Assembly: GCA_963838955.1 (NCBI GenBank)
Contig: CAWISZ010000003.1
Location: forward strand, 341,121 to 405,120
DNA: 64,000 nucleotides
Source of the DNA: an uncultured Thermoplasmata archaeon
GTDB lineage: Archaea; Thermoplasmatota; Thermoplasmata; Lutacidiplasmatales; UBA184
Direction: 5' to 3'
In this document: in pieces, positions 1 to 9,264 of the stretch
Position numbering within the stretch: position 1 is the stretch's first letter
Layout: each line of letters opens with the position of its first letter
Made by a program: the position numbers and the translations under genes
Notes under the pieces: generated by a model
What the model was told of the DNA's origin: nothing
What the model saw: only the letters and a program-made list of their open reading frames with translations
The model's database searches: none

Positions 1-184
1 CCGCCGCGACCACCCGATCCCCGGTCGGGTCGTAGGTGATGATCGTGACGTAGACGCGTTGGGCCGTGATGCGGACGACGGCCCGTGGACGGCCCGAGCG
101 CAACAGCTTGAGCCGGGTGCGATAATCGGTGCGGCCCTCCCGGCGGCGTCGGAAACGGACCCGGAAGCGAGGGCCCGTGCTCAT
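1..184 (-). CDS. rpl18: 50S ribosomal protein L18 (uL18), 5' part; runs off window
   Basis: Manual translation [32 protein letters not shown] overlap with rpl19e stop; conserved gene order. Confidence 0.92.
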   Translation of the reverse strand, partial: MSTGPRFRVRFRRRREGRTDYRTRLKLLRSGRPRAVVRITAQRVYVTIITYDPTGDRVVAA

Positions 185-645
185 GACTTCGCCTCCGCGG
201 CGAGGTGGCCGGCGAGCCGCAAGTTCAACAAGAGGTGGGCGCGACTTCGGTACATGCCGCCCTTCGCCTGCCGGTAGTACCGGCGGTAGATCGCCGGGGT
301 GATGCGCTGGTCCGCCCGTAGGGTGGCGAGGAGCTCGCGTTGCGGTCGGATCCGGCGCATCCAGCGCTCCTTCTTGGTCGACCGGGAGAGCGGGCTTCCG
401 CGGCGCGAACCCGGGCCCTGGTGGCGTCCCTTCGCGACCTCGGCCGCGTAGCGGCGCGCCCGAGCCCGGGAGGTGCCTTGGATCGCCCTGCGCCGGATCG
501 CTCCGGATTTGATCGCCGTCCGGATATCCTGGCGCGTGACCGAGTCGGAGACCTCCTGCTCGCGCGCGGGGTCGATCCAGACGCGTCCGCTACCGCACTT
601 GAGCAGTATGGAGGCGAGTCGGCGCTGGTTCGAGAGATCGGGCAA
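181..645 (-). CDS. rpl19e: 50S ribosomal protein L19e
   Basis: [33 protein letters not shown] motifs. Confidence 0.97.
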   Translation of the reverse strand: MPDLSNQRRLASILLKCGSGRVWIDPAREQEVSDSVTRQDIRTAIKSGAIRRRAIQGTSRARARRYAAEVAKGRHQGPGSRRGSPLSRSTKKERWMRRIRPQRELLATLRADQRITPAIYRRYYRQAKGGMYRSRAHLLLNLRLAGHLAAEAKS

Positions 646-649
646 CGCT

Positions 650-1234
650 CTACTCCTCCCCTTCGGGAGTGGCGATCGGGTTGAGCACGTGGATGCCGAG
701 GCGCCGGGCCGTCTCTTCGAGCGTCAGGCGCCGGCGCGTGCCCACGGTCCGCGCGATGATGGCGGCATCCTTGGTCGCGTCGAGCTTCTCGAGCTCGCCG
801 GTCGTCCGGATGATGATCGGGCGGAAGCCGCTCGGGACCAGGCCACGAACCTTCGCCGGGGAGCGGTAGCCGACCCGGACGATGTTGGAACGGTAACCGT
901 AGTGGCGGCGCTGCTTGGACTGGAGACCCCGGGGGCGGCGCCAACTCTCATCGCGGCCGATCCGGTAGTACCGGTGCGCGGCTTGGCGGACGAACAGCGG
1001 CCGGTGCGTGTCGAGCTCCCGCCGCAGGCGGAGGAGCTTCGCCGACTCCGGATCGAGCGTCGCCCGCTTCGGGGCGCGCGGCGTGTCGGGCTCCCCGCTC
1101 GTGACGGCCATCGCGGCCGCGGGTACGATCTCCTTCTTCTCCTCGGCCGGCGGGGCCGCCCGGATGCGGCGCCGGCGCTTCGGCGCGGGCGCCTCTTCCG
1201 GCTCGGGCGCGGTCACGGGGTCGTCCGGCGTCAC
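650..1234 (-). CDS. rpl32e: 50S ribosomal protein L32e with N-terminal extension
   Basis: WRRPRGLQSKQR, GYRSP, RGLVPSG motifs; GTG start overlaps rpl6 stop (GTGA). Confidence 0.93.
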   Translation of the reverse strand: MTPDDPVTAPEPEEAPAPKRRRRIRAAPPAEEKKEIVPAAAMAVTSGEPDTPRAPKRATLDPESAKLLRLRRELDTHRPLFVRQAAHRYYRIGRDESWRRPRGLQSKQRRHYGYRSNIVRVGYRSPAKVRGLVPSGFRPIIIRTTGELEKLDATKDAAIIARTVGTRRRLTLEETARRLGIHVLNPIATPEGEE

Positions 1235-1791
1235 GCTTCCGCTCCCTTGAGATGGGCGTGCTCGGTGAGGTAGATGCCGTCCTGAAAGACGCGGGGATCG
1301 TAATTGCGGATGTGCGTCGCGCGCTCGATGTTGGCGGCGCTCTGCCCGACCTGCTCGACGTCGTAGCCGGAGAGGATCACGATGTCCCCCTCGACGGCCG
1401 CCTTCGTGCCGGGGCGCAACGGGGCGGTGCGCGGGTACTTCTCGCCGAGGAAGTTCTCGATGATGAGCTCCTGGCCCTTCACCACGACCTTCATCGGGAA
1501 GTGCGCGGCCACGACCTTCATCTTCGCTTCGACCCCGAGCGTGAGGCCCCCGGCGAGATTCTTCAGGTGCGCCGCCCACGTCGCGAGCAGCGAGCGGGAC
1601 TGCTTGCGCCCGGGAGGCAGCTTGAGTGTGAGGGTGGCCTTTCCGTCGGCGACTACGAGGCCGAGCGCGTCGCTCGGGAACGGCCGTTCGATCTGACCGA
1701 GCGGGCCCTTCGCCTTCAGGAGGCCGCGCTCTACCTCGAGCCGGACCCCGGCGGGCAGCGCGACTACGGCCTCGGTGGTCTCAGTAGACAT
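1231..1791 (-). CDS. rpl6: 50S ribosomal protein L6
   Basis: AHFPM, ENFLGEK, DPRVFQDGIY motifs. Confidence 0.97.
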   Translation of the reverse strand: MSTETTEAVVALPAGVRLEVERGLLKAKGPLGQIERPFPSDALGLVVADGKATLTLKLPPGRKQSRSLLATWAAHLKNLAGGLTLGVEAKMKVVAAHFPMKVVVKGQELIIENFLGEKYPRTAPLRPGTKAAVEGDIVILSGYDVEQVGQSAANIERATHIRNYDPRVFQDGIYLTEHAHLKGAEA

Positions 1792-2170
1792 ACGCGATGA
1801 GCCTCCCCCCGAGCTTGAGCTCTCGGGCCTGCTGGTGGGTGATCACTCCGCGGTTCGTGGAGAGGACAAGGAGACCGAAGTCTTGGGCCGGCAGGAAGCG
1901 GGACTCGTAGCGCTCGAGCTCGCGGTGCGGGACCGAGATCCGCGGCTTGATGACGCCGCAGGAGTTGATGCGCCGGGAGAGCTTGACGTCGTACTTGCCG
2001 CCACGGCCGGTGGGCACGAACGTGAACTCCTCCACGTAGTGGTGCTCGCGCAGGATGCGCAGCACCTCGCCGATGAGGTGGGAGGCCGGCGCCAGCGCCA
2101 CCTCTCCCTTTCCATGCTGATCGGCATGGCGGAGGGTGACGAGCGCATCGTTGAGTAGATCGTGACGCAT
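1781..2170 (-). CDS. rps8: 30S ribosomal protein S8
   Basis: INSCGVIKPR, FLPAQDFG, GGRLIAYVY motifs. Confidence 0.97.
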   Translation of the reverse strand: MRHDLLNDALVTLRHADQHGKGEVALAPASHLIGEVLRILREHHYVEEFTFVPTGRGGKYDVKLSRRINSCGVIKPRISVPHRELERYESRFLPAQDFGLLVLSTNRGVITHQQARELKLGGRLIAYVY

Positions 2171-2181
2171 GATCGGCTACC

Positions 2182-2331
2182 TCACTGGTACTTCCGGAAC
2201 CCCAGGTCGACCGCGACCTCGCGGAAGCACTGACGGCAGACATGCAGGCCGTAGCGCCGGACGATGCCGCGCTTGCGGTCGCACCGCAGGCAGCCTTCCT
2301 TCCGCCCGAACTCCTTCTTGGGTTTCGACAT
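2182..2331 (-). CDS. rps14: 30S ribosomal protein S14 (Zn-binding); below ORF-track cutoff
   Basis: Manual translation [49 protein letters not shown]. Confidence 0.96.
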   Translation of the reverse strand: MSKPKKEFGRKEGCLRCDRKRGIVRRYGLHVCRQCFREVAVDLGFRKYQ

Positions 2332-2336
2332 CGCTC

Positions 2337-2891
2337 TCACTCCACGAACGTCACTTGGAAGGTCGCCGTGAGGTACGCTCGGGTATCGGCCTTGGTCGAT
2401 CGCAGGCGCTTAGGGATCGGGCGGGCGGAGACGGCGCGCTCTCGCACCCCGTAGCCGGAGCGGCCGAGCTCGACCGCGATGTCCATCCCGTGGATGCCGA
2501 TCTCGGGATCGTACTTCATCCCCGTGAAGTCGGTGTAGTCGCCGATCCCGAAGGAGAAGTTCCCATTGCGATCGATCGAGTCCGGATCGAGCTGGCGGTC
2601 GCGGGCCTCGAAGGCCCGGTTCAGGAAGTCGAAGGCCGAGGCACCGCGGAGCGTCACCTTCGCCCCGATCTCCTGACCGGCGCGGATGCCGAAGTCGCGG
2701 TTCGTCGAATGCGAACGGGTGGCGATCGGCTTCTGGTGCGTGATCATCTGGAGGACCCGCTCGGCCTTCTGGCGCGGCTCCCCGGATTGACCGACGCCGG
2801 CGTTGACCACGACCTTGATGATCCGGACGGCCCGGTTGACGTTCTCCATCGTGGGGGCTTTCGCGGCGACGGTCGGGGAGGATGCGCTCAT
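2337..2891 (-). CDS. rpl5: 50S ribosomal protein L5
   Basis: [33 protein letters not shown] motifs. Confidence 0.97.
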   Translation of the reverse strand: MSASSPTVAAKAPTMENVNRAVRIIKVVVNAGVGQSGEPRQKAERVLQMITHQKPIATRSHSTNRDFGIRAGQEIGAKVTLRGASAFDFLNRAFEARDRQLDPDSIDRNGNFSFGIGDYTDFTGMKYDPEIGIHGMDIAVELGRSGYGVRERAVSARPIPKRLRSTKADTRAYLTATFQVTFVE

Positions 2892-3603
2892 CGGTCGAGG
2901 CCCTCCGCGATCGTCACTTGGGGCGAGGTCTCGCCCACGATAAACACGTAGTCTTTGATGGTCGAGAAACCTTCCTTGAAATGGACGAGATTGGGCTGGG
3001 AAGAGTTGCGGACCTCGACGCGCTCTACGCGGGCGGTCTCCCCGACGTGGCTACCGCCAGCGAGGAACGCGAGCTGCCCCGGTGCGAGCGGGAGGTGCCG
3101 GACGATCGTCTGGCTCGGGATCTCGATCTGGAGCGAGTCTCCGACCCGGTAGGGAGAGTTGGCGGGGACCACGATCGTGCGGCCGTCGTGCAGGGTCATC
3201 CCGACTTTGCCGGTCCGGATCGCGTGCTTGAACCGGACGCGTCCGAGCTTGACGGACGCCTCGGCGGGTGGGATCGTCACGAGGGTGAGCCTGCCCCGAC
3301 GGTCCTTCACGACCCGCGCGTGCGCATCGAGCGGCGCGGCGAGGGAGAGCACGTCCATGAGACCGAGACCGCGCGAGAGATCGTGGACGACCTTCCCATC
3401 GACCTTGACGACGCCCGAGTTCACGAGGATGCGAGCCTCGCGCTCGTTGCGGACCAGGTGGCGGAGGTCCCGAAGGACGATCACGAGCGGGATCGACTGG
3501 TCCTGAGCGTGCGGCCCGGGGCCGGCCGCCGGATCCACTTCGTTCCCTTGCGGGGAACCGGCCAGGTCCGCGGGGCCGCCCGGCGCTTCATCCGGCGCGT
3601 CAT
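2888..3603 (-). CDS. rps4e: 30S ribosomal protein S4e, with 1-nt frameshift near 3515 (probable sequence error)
   Basis: N-terminus MTRRMKRRAAPRTWPVPRKGTKWIRRPAPG lies in one frame; PHAQDQSIPL...VKVDGKV and the rest lie in another. Confidence 0.9.
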
Positions 3604-4430
3604 GCGTCGTCGCCCTCCTTCGGCGGGCGGGACTTGCTTCGGGTCTTGGCCGGCGCTCGGGGTTTCTCCTCCGAGGAAGCCGCATCGCCCGGGCTCTCTC
3701 CGGCGATCTCCCTCTCTTCCTCGTCCTTGGGCGCCTTCTTGTGGGTTCGGACCGCCTTCGCGTTGGGCCCGTACTCTTCCTTCTCGGCCGACTCGAAGAA
3801 GGCCGTCTCCTTCGGTGTGAGCTTCATCTCGCCGCGCCCGGAGCCCTCGCTCGGGGCGCCGGGTGCTCCTTTCTCGGGGGTCTTGCGCGCGGGCGCCTCT
3901 TCCTCCGTTCCGGCATCCGCGAGGAACTCGCGCTCGGCTTCGGTGAGATGCATGTCCTCCTCGGGCTCCGGGAGGGCGTGAGCCGGGGGGGCCGCCGCCG
4001 CCCCGCCCTCGGCGGCCGCCGCCGGCGCCTCGGGAACGGTGCCGAGCTCCTCGGGGGTCAGTTCCTCTTCGCGGACGCTCAGGATCCGACGTCGCCACGC
4101 GTCCGAAAGGTTGAGCTTCGTGAGCAGGAGCTGGCCGGTCCGGATCGGGAGCGGCTTCTGCTTCTGCTCGCCCGTCTTCAGCGTGATGTTGTTGAGGATG
4201 ACGGAGTAGCTGCGCCGATCGACCTTCGCCACGCGCTCCTCGCTCCCGACGTAGCTCCCCGACAGAATGCGCACGGTGTCGCCCTTGCGGACGGGGACCG
4301 AGCGGCAGTGGAAGCGCGCCCGCAACTCGCGCGAGAGCGGGACCGACATCCGCCGGCGGCGGTGGAAGGAGTCCGCGGTGTACAGCGCCTTGCGCTGTCG
4401 GCGGGGTGCGCTGGAAGATTGATGTGCCAT
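3600..4430 (-). CDS. rpl24: 50S ribosomal protein L24 with long acidic C-terminal tail
   Basis: PRRQRKALY, LSRELR, VRKGDTVRI (KOW) motifs in first ~120 aa. Confidence 0.93.
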   Translation of the reverse strand: MAHQSSSAPRRQRKALYTADSFHRRRRMSVPLSRELRARFHCRSVPVRKGDTVRILSGSYVGSEERVAKVDRRSYSVILNNITLKTGEQKQKPLPIRTGQLLLTKLNLSDAWRRRILSVREEELTPEELGTVPEAPAAAAEGGAAAAPPAHALPEPEEDMHLTEAEREFLADAGTEEEAPARKTPEKGAPGAPSEGSGRGEMKLTPKETAFFESAEKEEYGPNAKAVRTHKKAPKDEEEREIAGESPGDAASSEEKPRAPAKTRSKSRPPKEGDDA

Positions 4431-4439
4431 GAAACCCTC

Positions 4440-4838
4440 CTAGACGATGATCGACGAGGCCGCGGCCACGCGCGACCAGCGTTCGGCGGCCTCCTTTGCC
4501 ACCGGCCCCTTGATCTGGGATCCCTTCAACTCGCCGGTCTCGGTCGTGATCACGGCGGCGTTGTCCTCGAATTGCACGCGCGTCCCGTCGGCCCGCCGGA
4601 TCGGCGAACGCGAGCGCACGATGACGGCGTGCAGGACCTGGCGTCGCATCTCGGGCGTCCCCTTCTTGACGGAGACGATCACCAGGTCGGCGATCCCCGC
4701 TCGCGGGTAGCGGCGGTGGGTGCCGTGCCAATTGTGCACGGCGATGATCTCGACGATCTTTGCGCCGGTATTGTCCGCGCAGTCCAGGCGCGCGCCCTTC
4801 GGGAGGCCGCGTCCCCGACGACCGGCGACGCCCTTCAT
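4440..4838 (-). CDS. rpl14: 50S ribosomal protein L14
   Basis: [29 protein letters not shown] at 4838 overlaps rps17 stop. Confidence 0.97.
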   Translation of the reverse strand: MKGVAGRRGRGLPKGARLDCADNTGAKIVEIIAVHNWHGTHRRYPRAGIADLVIVSVKKGTPEMRRQVLHAVIVRSRSPIRRADGTRVQFEDNAAVITTETGELKGSQIKGPVAKEAAERWSRVAAASSIIV

Positions 4839-5260
4839 GCTTCCTCCTTGACCGGAGGGCTCGGCTCGGGCACGACGGCTTCCTCGCCCTTCACCTGCTG
4901 GGCGGCCTGGCCCAGGTCCTCGACGATGCAGAAACTGACGAGCTTCGAGAGCGGTCGGGTCTCGGCGATCCGGACCTTGTGTCCGACCACGACCCCGAGG
5001 CAAGGAGGAGAGTGCGCGAGGTAGCGGCGGCGGCGCTTCTCGTAGCGTTCGTACTTCGGCACGCGGGTGAGCAGCGTGCGTTCGACCACCGCGGTCCGTT
5101 GCATCGCCGTGGAGACCACGGTCCCCTCCAGGACCTGGCCGCGGATGGACAGGCGTCCGTGGAACGGACAGTGCTGATCGTCGCAGTTCTGCTTTGGTGC
5201 GCGGACGTCGAGACCGATGTCCCGGGCGCGTCGGGTGCGGGAAACTGGAGTGGGGCTCAT
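4835..5260 (-). CDS. rps17: 30S ribosomal protein S17
   Basis: [21 protein letters not shown] motifs. Confidence 0.97.
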   Translation of the reverse strand: MSPTPVSRTRRARDIGLDVRAPKQNCDDQHCPFHGRLSIRGQVLEGTVVSTAMQRTAVVERTLLTRVPKYERYEKRRRRYLAHSPPCLGVVVGHKVRIAETRPLSKLVSFCIVEDLGQAAQQVKGEEAVVPEPSPPVKEEA

Positions 5261-5589
5261 CGGATCCTCCGGGAACCGCTGGCGAGGATGCGCTTGGTGC
5301 GGTCCTGGGGTCGGACGCGAAGGTTGTCGCCTATTAACGGTAACTCGCGTTCGCCGATGAAGATCGTCCCGCGCAGCCCGGGCTTGGGCAGGCAGACGAC
5401 GCGGCCATGGTCGGCGAGCCGAACCGTGAAGGTGTGCATCGACTCATCGACGATCGTGCCGCGCAGCGGGAGCGCGTGGATTCCCGGCGCGCGATCGACC
5501 GAGATGGCGGCCCCGAGGATCTCCCCGGCGAGCGTGGCGCGGTCGGCACCCGTGAGCTCTCCCTCGCCGATCATCGTCATTGCACTCAA
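5257..5589 (-). CDS. rnp1: Ribonuclease P protein component 1 (Rpp29)
   Basis: GTIVDES...PK...RPQDRTK; canonical position between rpl29 and rps17. Confidence 0.8.
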   Translation of the reverse strand: MSAMTMIGEGELTGADRATLAGEILGAAISVDRAPGIHALPLRGTIVDESMHTFTVRLADHGRVVCLPKPGLRGTIFIGERELPLIGDNLRVRPQDRTKRILASGSRRIR

Positions 5590-5819
5590 CCGCTCGCGTT
5601 CGGTTCGGCGGAAGTAGGAGCGAGGTGGCGCTCCTGGAGCACGGTCAGGGCCCGGGCGACGTTGGTCCGCAGCGCGCGCATCTTCCCCGGACTCGGGGGG
5701 GCGCCTCCCATGGCGGCGATTCCGCGCTCGCGCAAGAGATCGCCTTCGGCATCGGAGATGCGGCGGCGCAGCTCGTCGTCCGTGAGCGCCCGCAGGTCCT
5801 TCATCCTCTGGAGCGTCAC
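5586..5819 (-). CDS. rpl29: 50S ribosomal protein L29
   Basis: LRALTDDEL, PGKMRALRTNVARALT. Confidence 0.93.
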   Translation of the reverse strand: MTLQRMKDLRALTDDELRRRISDAEGDLLRERGIAAMGGAPPSPGKMRALRTNVARALTVLQERHLAPTSAEPNASG

Positions 5820-6526
5820 GTGGGTTCCTCCGGCCCTACCTGGGCCGCCGCAACCGCGGGGCCGGGTCCGGGGGGCAGGTCGGCGCCATCGATCGGCGGA
5901 AGTTCGATCGGCGCGGGCACCGGTCGGGTCTCCACGCCCTTGACCTTGATCTCGTCGGGGAGCTTGGCGTTCGCCCGCATGATCCAGACGTTGACACCGA
6001 TGACCCCGGGCTTGAGGCGGGCCTGGTAGAACCCCTTACCCATCCACAAGTGCACGGCCTCACCGCAGTATTTGATCGTCCCGGCTTTGAACCGTTCGGT
6101 ACGGTGGCGCTCGCCCGTCAACTTCCCGGAGAGGATGACCTGGCAGCCCCGCGCACCGGATTCCATGATGCGGCGGACGGTCGAATGTCCGGCGCGACGG
6201 AAGTGCCAGCCGCGCTCGAGCGTCGAGGCGAGCTTCTCGGCCATGAGCTGGGCATTGAGGGACGGGTTGCGTTCCTCCTGGACCTCGATCTGAGGGTTGT
6301 CGAGCTTGAACCGGGCCTGGATGTCCTCGGTCAGCCGCTTGATGAGCTCCCCGCGCCGCCCGATGAGGATGCCGGGGCGTTCGCAGATCAGCGTGACGCG
6401 CGTGCCCATCGGAGTGCGCTGGATGTCGAGCCCGCCGAAGCCGGCGCGCGCGCTCTCGCCGACGAGATAGTCCTTGAGCAGGACCCGACGCGTCGCCTCC
6501 TCGATGACCTTGCGTTCGGCGCTCAC
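5816..6526 (-). CDS. rps3: 30S ribosomal protein S3
   Basis: KH motif RPGILIGRRG; FRRAG; GKLTGER. Confidence 0.97.
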   Translation of the reverse strand: MSAERKVIEEATRRVLLKDYLVGESARAGFGGLDIQRTPMGTRVTLICERPGILIGRRGELIKRLTEDIQARFKLDNPQIEVQEERNPSLNAQLMAEKLASTLERGWHFRRAGHSTVRRIMESGARGCQVILSGKLTGERHRTERFKAGTIKYCGEAVHLWMGKGFYQARLKPGVIGVNVWIMRANAKLPDEIKVKGVETRPVPAPIELPPIDGADLPPGPGPAVAAAQVGPEEPT

Positions 6527-6527
6527 C

Positions 6528-6983
6528 CTAGACCTCCTTGCGCTCGGCCAGAACGATCTCGATGTGGGTCGTCTGCTCGTTCCAAGGCGTTGCGCGACCG
6601 TGAGCGCGCGGCATCGACGCCTTCAGGATCCGGCCGCGGCTCGAAGCGGCGACCTTGACGTAGAGCCGGTCGGTGTCCAGGCTTTCGTACTCCGCGTTCG
6701 ATTCCGCGTTCCGCAGGATCTGCAGCACGTTCTTCGCGACCTTCTTCGGGAACCGGCCCGGTCCCACGCCGCGCTTGTGGCTCGTCTCCTGGTTGTAGCG
6801 CCGGAACGGGATCGCACGGCGGAGCTCGACGGCATCCTCGAGCACGGCGCGCGCGCGCTCGAGCGGGAGCCCGCGGATCGCGTTGAGGACCTCGTAGGTC
6901 TTCTTCGGAGAGATGGGGAGCTCGACGCCGCGGGCGCGAGCGACGCTCGTGCCGGCCTCGTCGCGGTAGGTGTAGCCTCGCAT
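6528..6983 (-). CDS. rpl22: 50S ribosomal protein L22
   Basis: ISPKK, GRFPKK, NAESNA, PRAHGRA. Confidence 0.97.
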   Translation of the reverse strand: MRGYTYRDEAGTSVARARGVELPISPKKTYEVLNAIRGLPLERARAVLEDAVELRRAIPFRRYNQETSHKRGVGPGRFPKKVAKNVLQILRNAESNAEYESLDTDRLYVKVAASSRGRILKASMPRAHGRATPWNEQTTHIEIVLAERKEV

Positions 6984-6999
6984 CGTCCCGTTCCCTCCT

Positions 7000-7425
7000 C
7001 TACTTCAGTGGCATGAACTTCGACGACCGTGTAGCGCCGACTCCGGGTCCGGAGTGCTTCTCGAACCGGCGGGTCAGCGAGAACTCGCCGAAGTAGTGCC
7101 CGATCATCTCCGGGCGCAATTCGACTTCCTTGAACTCCTTGCCGTTGTAGATCGCGACCCGCCGGCCGATGTGCTCGGGGAGCACGAGGGCATCCCGACA
7201 ATGCGTCTTGAGCACCTTGTCGGGGGGCGTCTCACGCATCCGACCGAAGAAACGGGTCGTCTCGACATTGAACCCACGCCGGATCGACCGGCGCGCGCGG
7301 GCCGGAAGGACCTTCGCGAGCTCCTCGAGGTTCATCTCTTTCAGACGCGGCAGGGTGAATCCGCGGTAGGTGAATTCGCGCTTGCGGCGCGTCTCGACCT
7401 TCTTGATCTTCTTGGACCGTGCCAT
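7000..7425 (-). CDS. rps19: 30S ribosomal protein S19
   Basis: FTYRG, KTHCRD, MIGHYFGEF, GATRSSKFMPLK; true start ATG 7425. Confidence 0.97.
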   Translation of the reverse strand: MARSKKIKKVETRRKREFTYRGFTLPRLKEMNLEELAKVLPARARRSIRRGFNVETTRFFGRMRETPPDKVLKTHCRDALVLPEHIGRRVAIYNGKEFKEVELRPEMIGHYFGEFSLTRRFEKHSGPGVGATRSSKFMPLK

Positions 7426-7430
7426 GTTGC

Positions 7431-8165
7431 TTACACCGTCCCGGTATCGCGTCCGCGCACCCGGCGCTTCTTGCGCTGGGAACGGCTGAACCGACCGACC
7501 TTCGCCCCGGGCCACGTGCCGCTCGACACCGTGCTCGGTCGGCCGACGTGCTGGTGAGCGCCGCCGCCGAAGGGGTGGTTGACGGGGTTCATCGCGACCC
7601 CACGGACCTTCAGGGGAGCGCGCGCGAGGGAGCGTGTCGCGTGGAACTTCTTTCCGGCCTTGATGATCGGGCGTTCGAGTCGGCCGCCTCCGGCCACCGC
7701 TCCGACCTGCGCGCGGCAGGTGGTTAGGAACTGCTTGAACGCTCCCGAAGGGAGCTGCACCGTCACGAGCTTGCCCGCATGGGCCGTGACGAGAGCGCTC
7801 GTCCCGGCGGCCCGCACGAGGCGGCCTCCGTCGAACGGTTTGACCTCGAGGTTGCACACGAGCGTGCCGTCGGGGATCTCCCCGAGGGAGAGGAGTGCGC
7901 CGTGGGTGACCGGACCGCGATGGAGCGAGATCGCGTCGCCCGTGGCGATCCCCGCGCTCGCGATCGTGCGGATGACCTCCCCGCTCGGGGTGGAGATCTC
8001 GGCGACGGGGGCGGTGCGGCCGGGAGCGTGAACGATTCCGATGACCTTCCCCTCCCCGACGATCGAGGGCGAGGGATGGTAGATCGGGCCATGGTGCCGG
8101 TGGCTCGGGGAACGGTACGTCGGAGTGCCCGCGCCGCGGCGTCGGGAGATGATCCGCTTTCCCAT
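7431..8165 (-). CDS. rpl2: 50S ribosomal protein L2
   Basis: MGKRIISRRRG, VRGVAMNPVNHPFGGG. Confidence 0.97.
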   Translation of the reverse strand: MGKRIISRRRGAGTPTYRSPSHRHHGPIYHPSPSIVGEGKVIGIVHAPGRTAPVAEISTPSGEVIRTIASAGIATGDAISLHRGPVTHGALLSLGEIPDGTLVCNLEVKPFDGGRLVRAAGTSALVTAHAGKLVTVQLPSGAFKQFLTTCRAQVGAVAGGGRLERPIIKAGKKFHATRSLARAPLKVRGVAMNPVNHPFGGGAHQHVGRPSTVSSGTWPGAKVGRFSRSQRKKRRVRGRDTGTV

Positions 8166-8428
8166 TAGAACACCCCGGCTCGGCTGCCGATGTCCTCGGC
8201 CGAGAACTCCTTCTTGAACCGGACCGTGGCGATCTTGCCGGCCTTCACGATCTTGACGTTGACCTTGGCGACCTTGCACTGGTAGATCTGCTCGACCGCG
8301 CGCTTGACCTCGGCGCGCGTGGCGCGCTGGTCGACCTTGAACTCGAGCTTGTTCTGGCGTTCCATCTCGTCCATGGATTTTTCGGTCACGTAGGCGTGCA
8401 GGAGGATGCGGTGGCGCAGATCGCTCAT
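8165..8428 (-). CDS. rpl23: 50S ribosomal protein L23
   Basis: VTEKSM, NKLEFKVD; operon position. Confidence 0.95.
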   Translation of the reverse strand: MSDLRHRILLHAYVTEKSMDEMERQNKLEFKVDQRATRAEVKRAVEQIYQCKVAKVNVKIVKAGKIATVRFKKEFSAEDIGSRAGVF

Positions 8429-9264
8429 GCGGCCGCCTCCCCGAGTCGGGAACGGAGCCCTTCGACCGCCGCGAGGGAGAAGAGCGTCATGCGGCCTGGG
8501 TCGCCCCCCGGAGCGAGGTCTTCCGTCGCAAGCCGTTGGACCGAGACCACCTCGACGCCCGCGAGGTTGCGGAAGCCGCGGGCCTGCCCCGGGCCGCTCG
8601 TGACCACGAGCACGCTGCGGGGGGTCCGTCGGACTCGACCGCGGAGCTTGCCGCGTCCTGCGCGAAGGTGGGAGTGGTCGCGCGCCCGTTCGATATCATC
8701 CCATAGGTGCAGCTTCTCCAGCACATCGCGGGCGGCCGCCGCGGTCATGACCGCCTCGACCGGGTCCTCGAGGACGAACGGGAGGTGGGTGTCCTTCGGG
8801 ACGCTGTGGCCCCGGGCTTCCGCGAGCGGGACGACCCGGGTGGCGGCGAGCGCGGACGCGAACGCGAGCCTGCGCTCCTTGACGTTGATCTTCTGGGCCC
8901 AGATCCGTTCGACCTTCGGTGGATGAGCGCGTCCGCCTCCGACCGTGTTCGGCGCCTGCGCGCCGGTCATCGAATCCATCAGTCGGGGCGAGCGCGAAAC
9001 CCCCTTGCCCTTACCCGACCAGCGCACCGAGTGTCGCCGGCCCGAGGTGAGTCCCGTCCCGTACGGCTGGCGCCGGTGGGAGCGGGCCGCAAGCACTGCG
9101 CGGCGGATGAGATCGACCCGAACCGGGACCGAGAAGGCGAGCGGTAGGTGGACCGTCGACTTCTCCTTCGGAGTGCCGTCCAGGCCGAACAGGTGAACTC
9201 GATGCTGGGGAAGATGGGGTGCGGAGGGAGCCGGGGAGCGCACCGGCGGCTCGGAAGCCGTCAT
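8425..9264 (-). CDS. rpl4: 50S ribosomal protein L4
   Basis: RQPYG, GGRAHPPK, RAGRGKLRGR, LAPGG. Confidence 0.97.
   Translation of the reverse strand: MTASEPPVRSPAPSAPHLPQHRVHLFGLDGTPKEKSTVHLPLAFSVPVRVDLIRRAVLAARSHRRQPYGTGLTSGRRHSVRWSGKGKGVSRSPRLMDSMTGAQAPNTVGGGRAHPPKVERIWAQKINVKERRLAFASALAATRVVPLAEARGHSVPKDTHLPFVLEDPVEAVMTAAAARDVLEKLHLWDDIERARDHSHLRAGRGKLRGRVRRTPRSVLVVTSGPGQARGFRNLAGVEVVSVQRLATEDLAPGGDPGRMTLFSLAAVEGLRSRLGEAAA

Noticed and set aside
3505..3525. Programmed frameshifting in rps4e
   Set aside because: No canonical slippery heptamer; the same CCGGG indel context recurs at ~61205, favouring sequencing error
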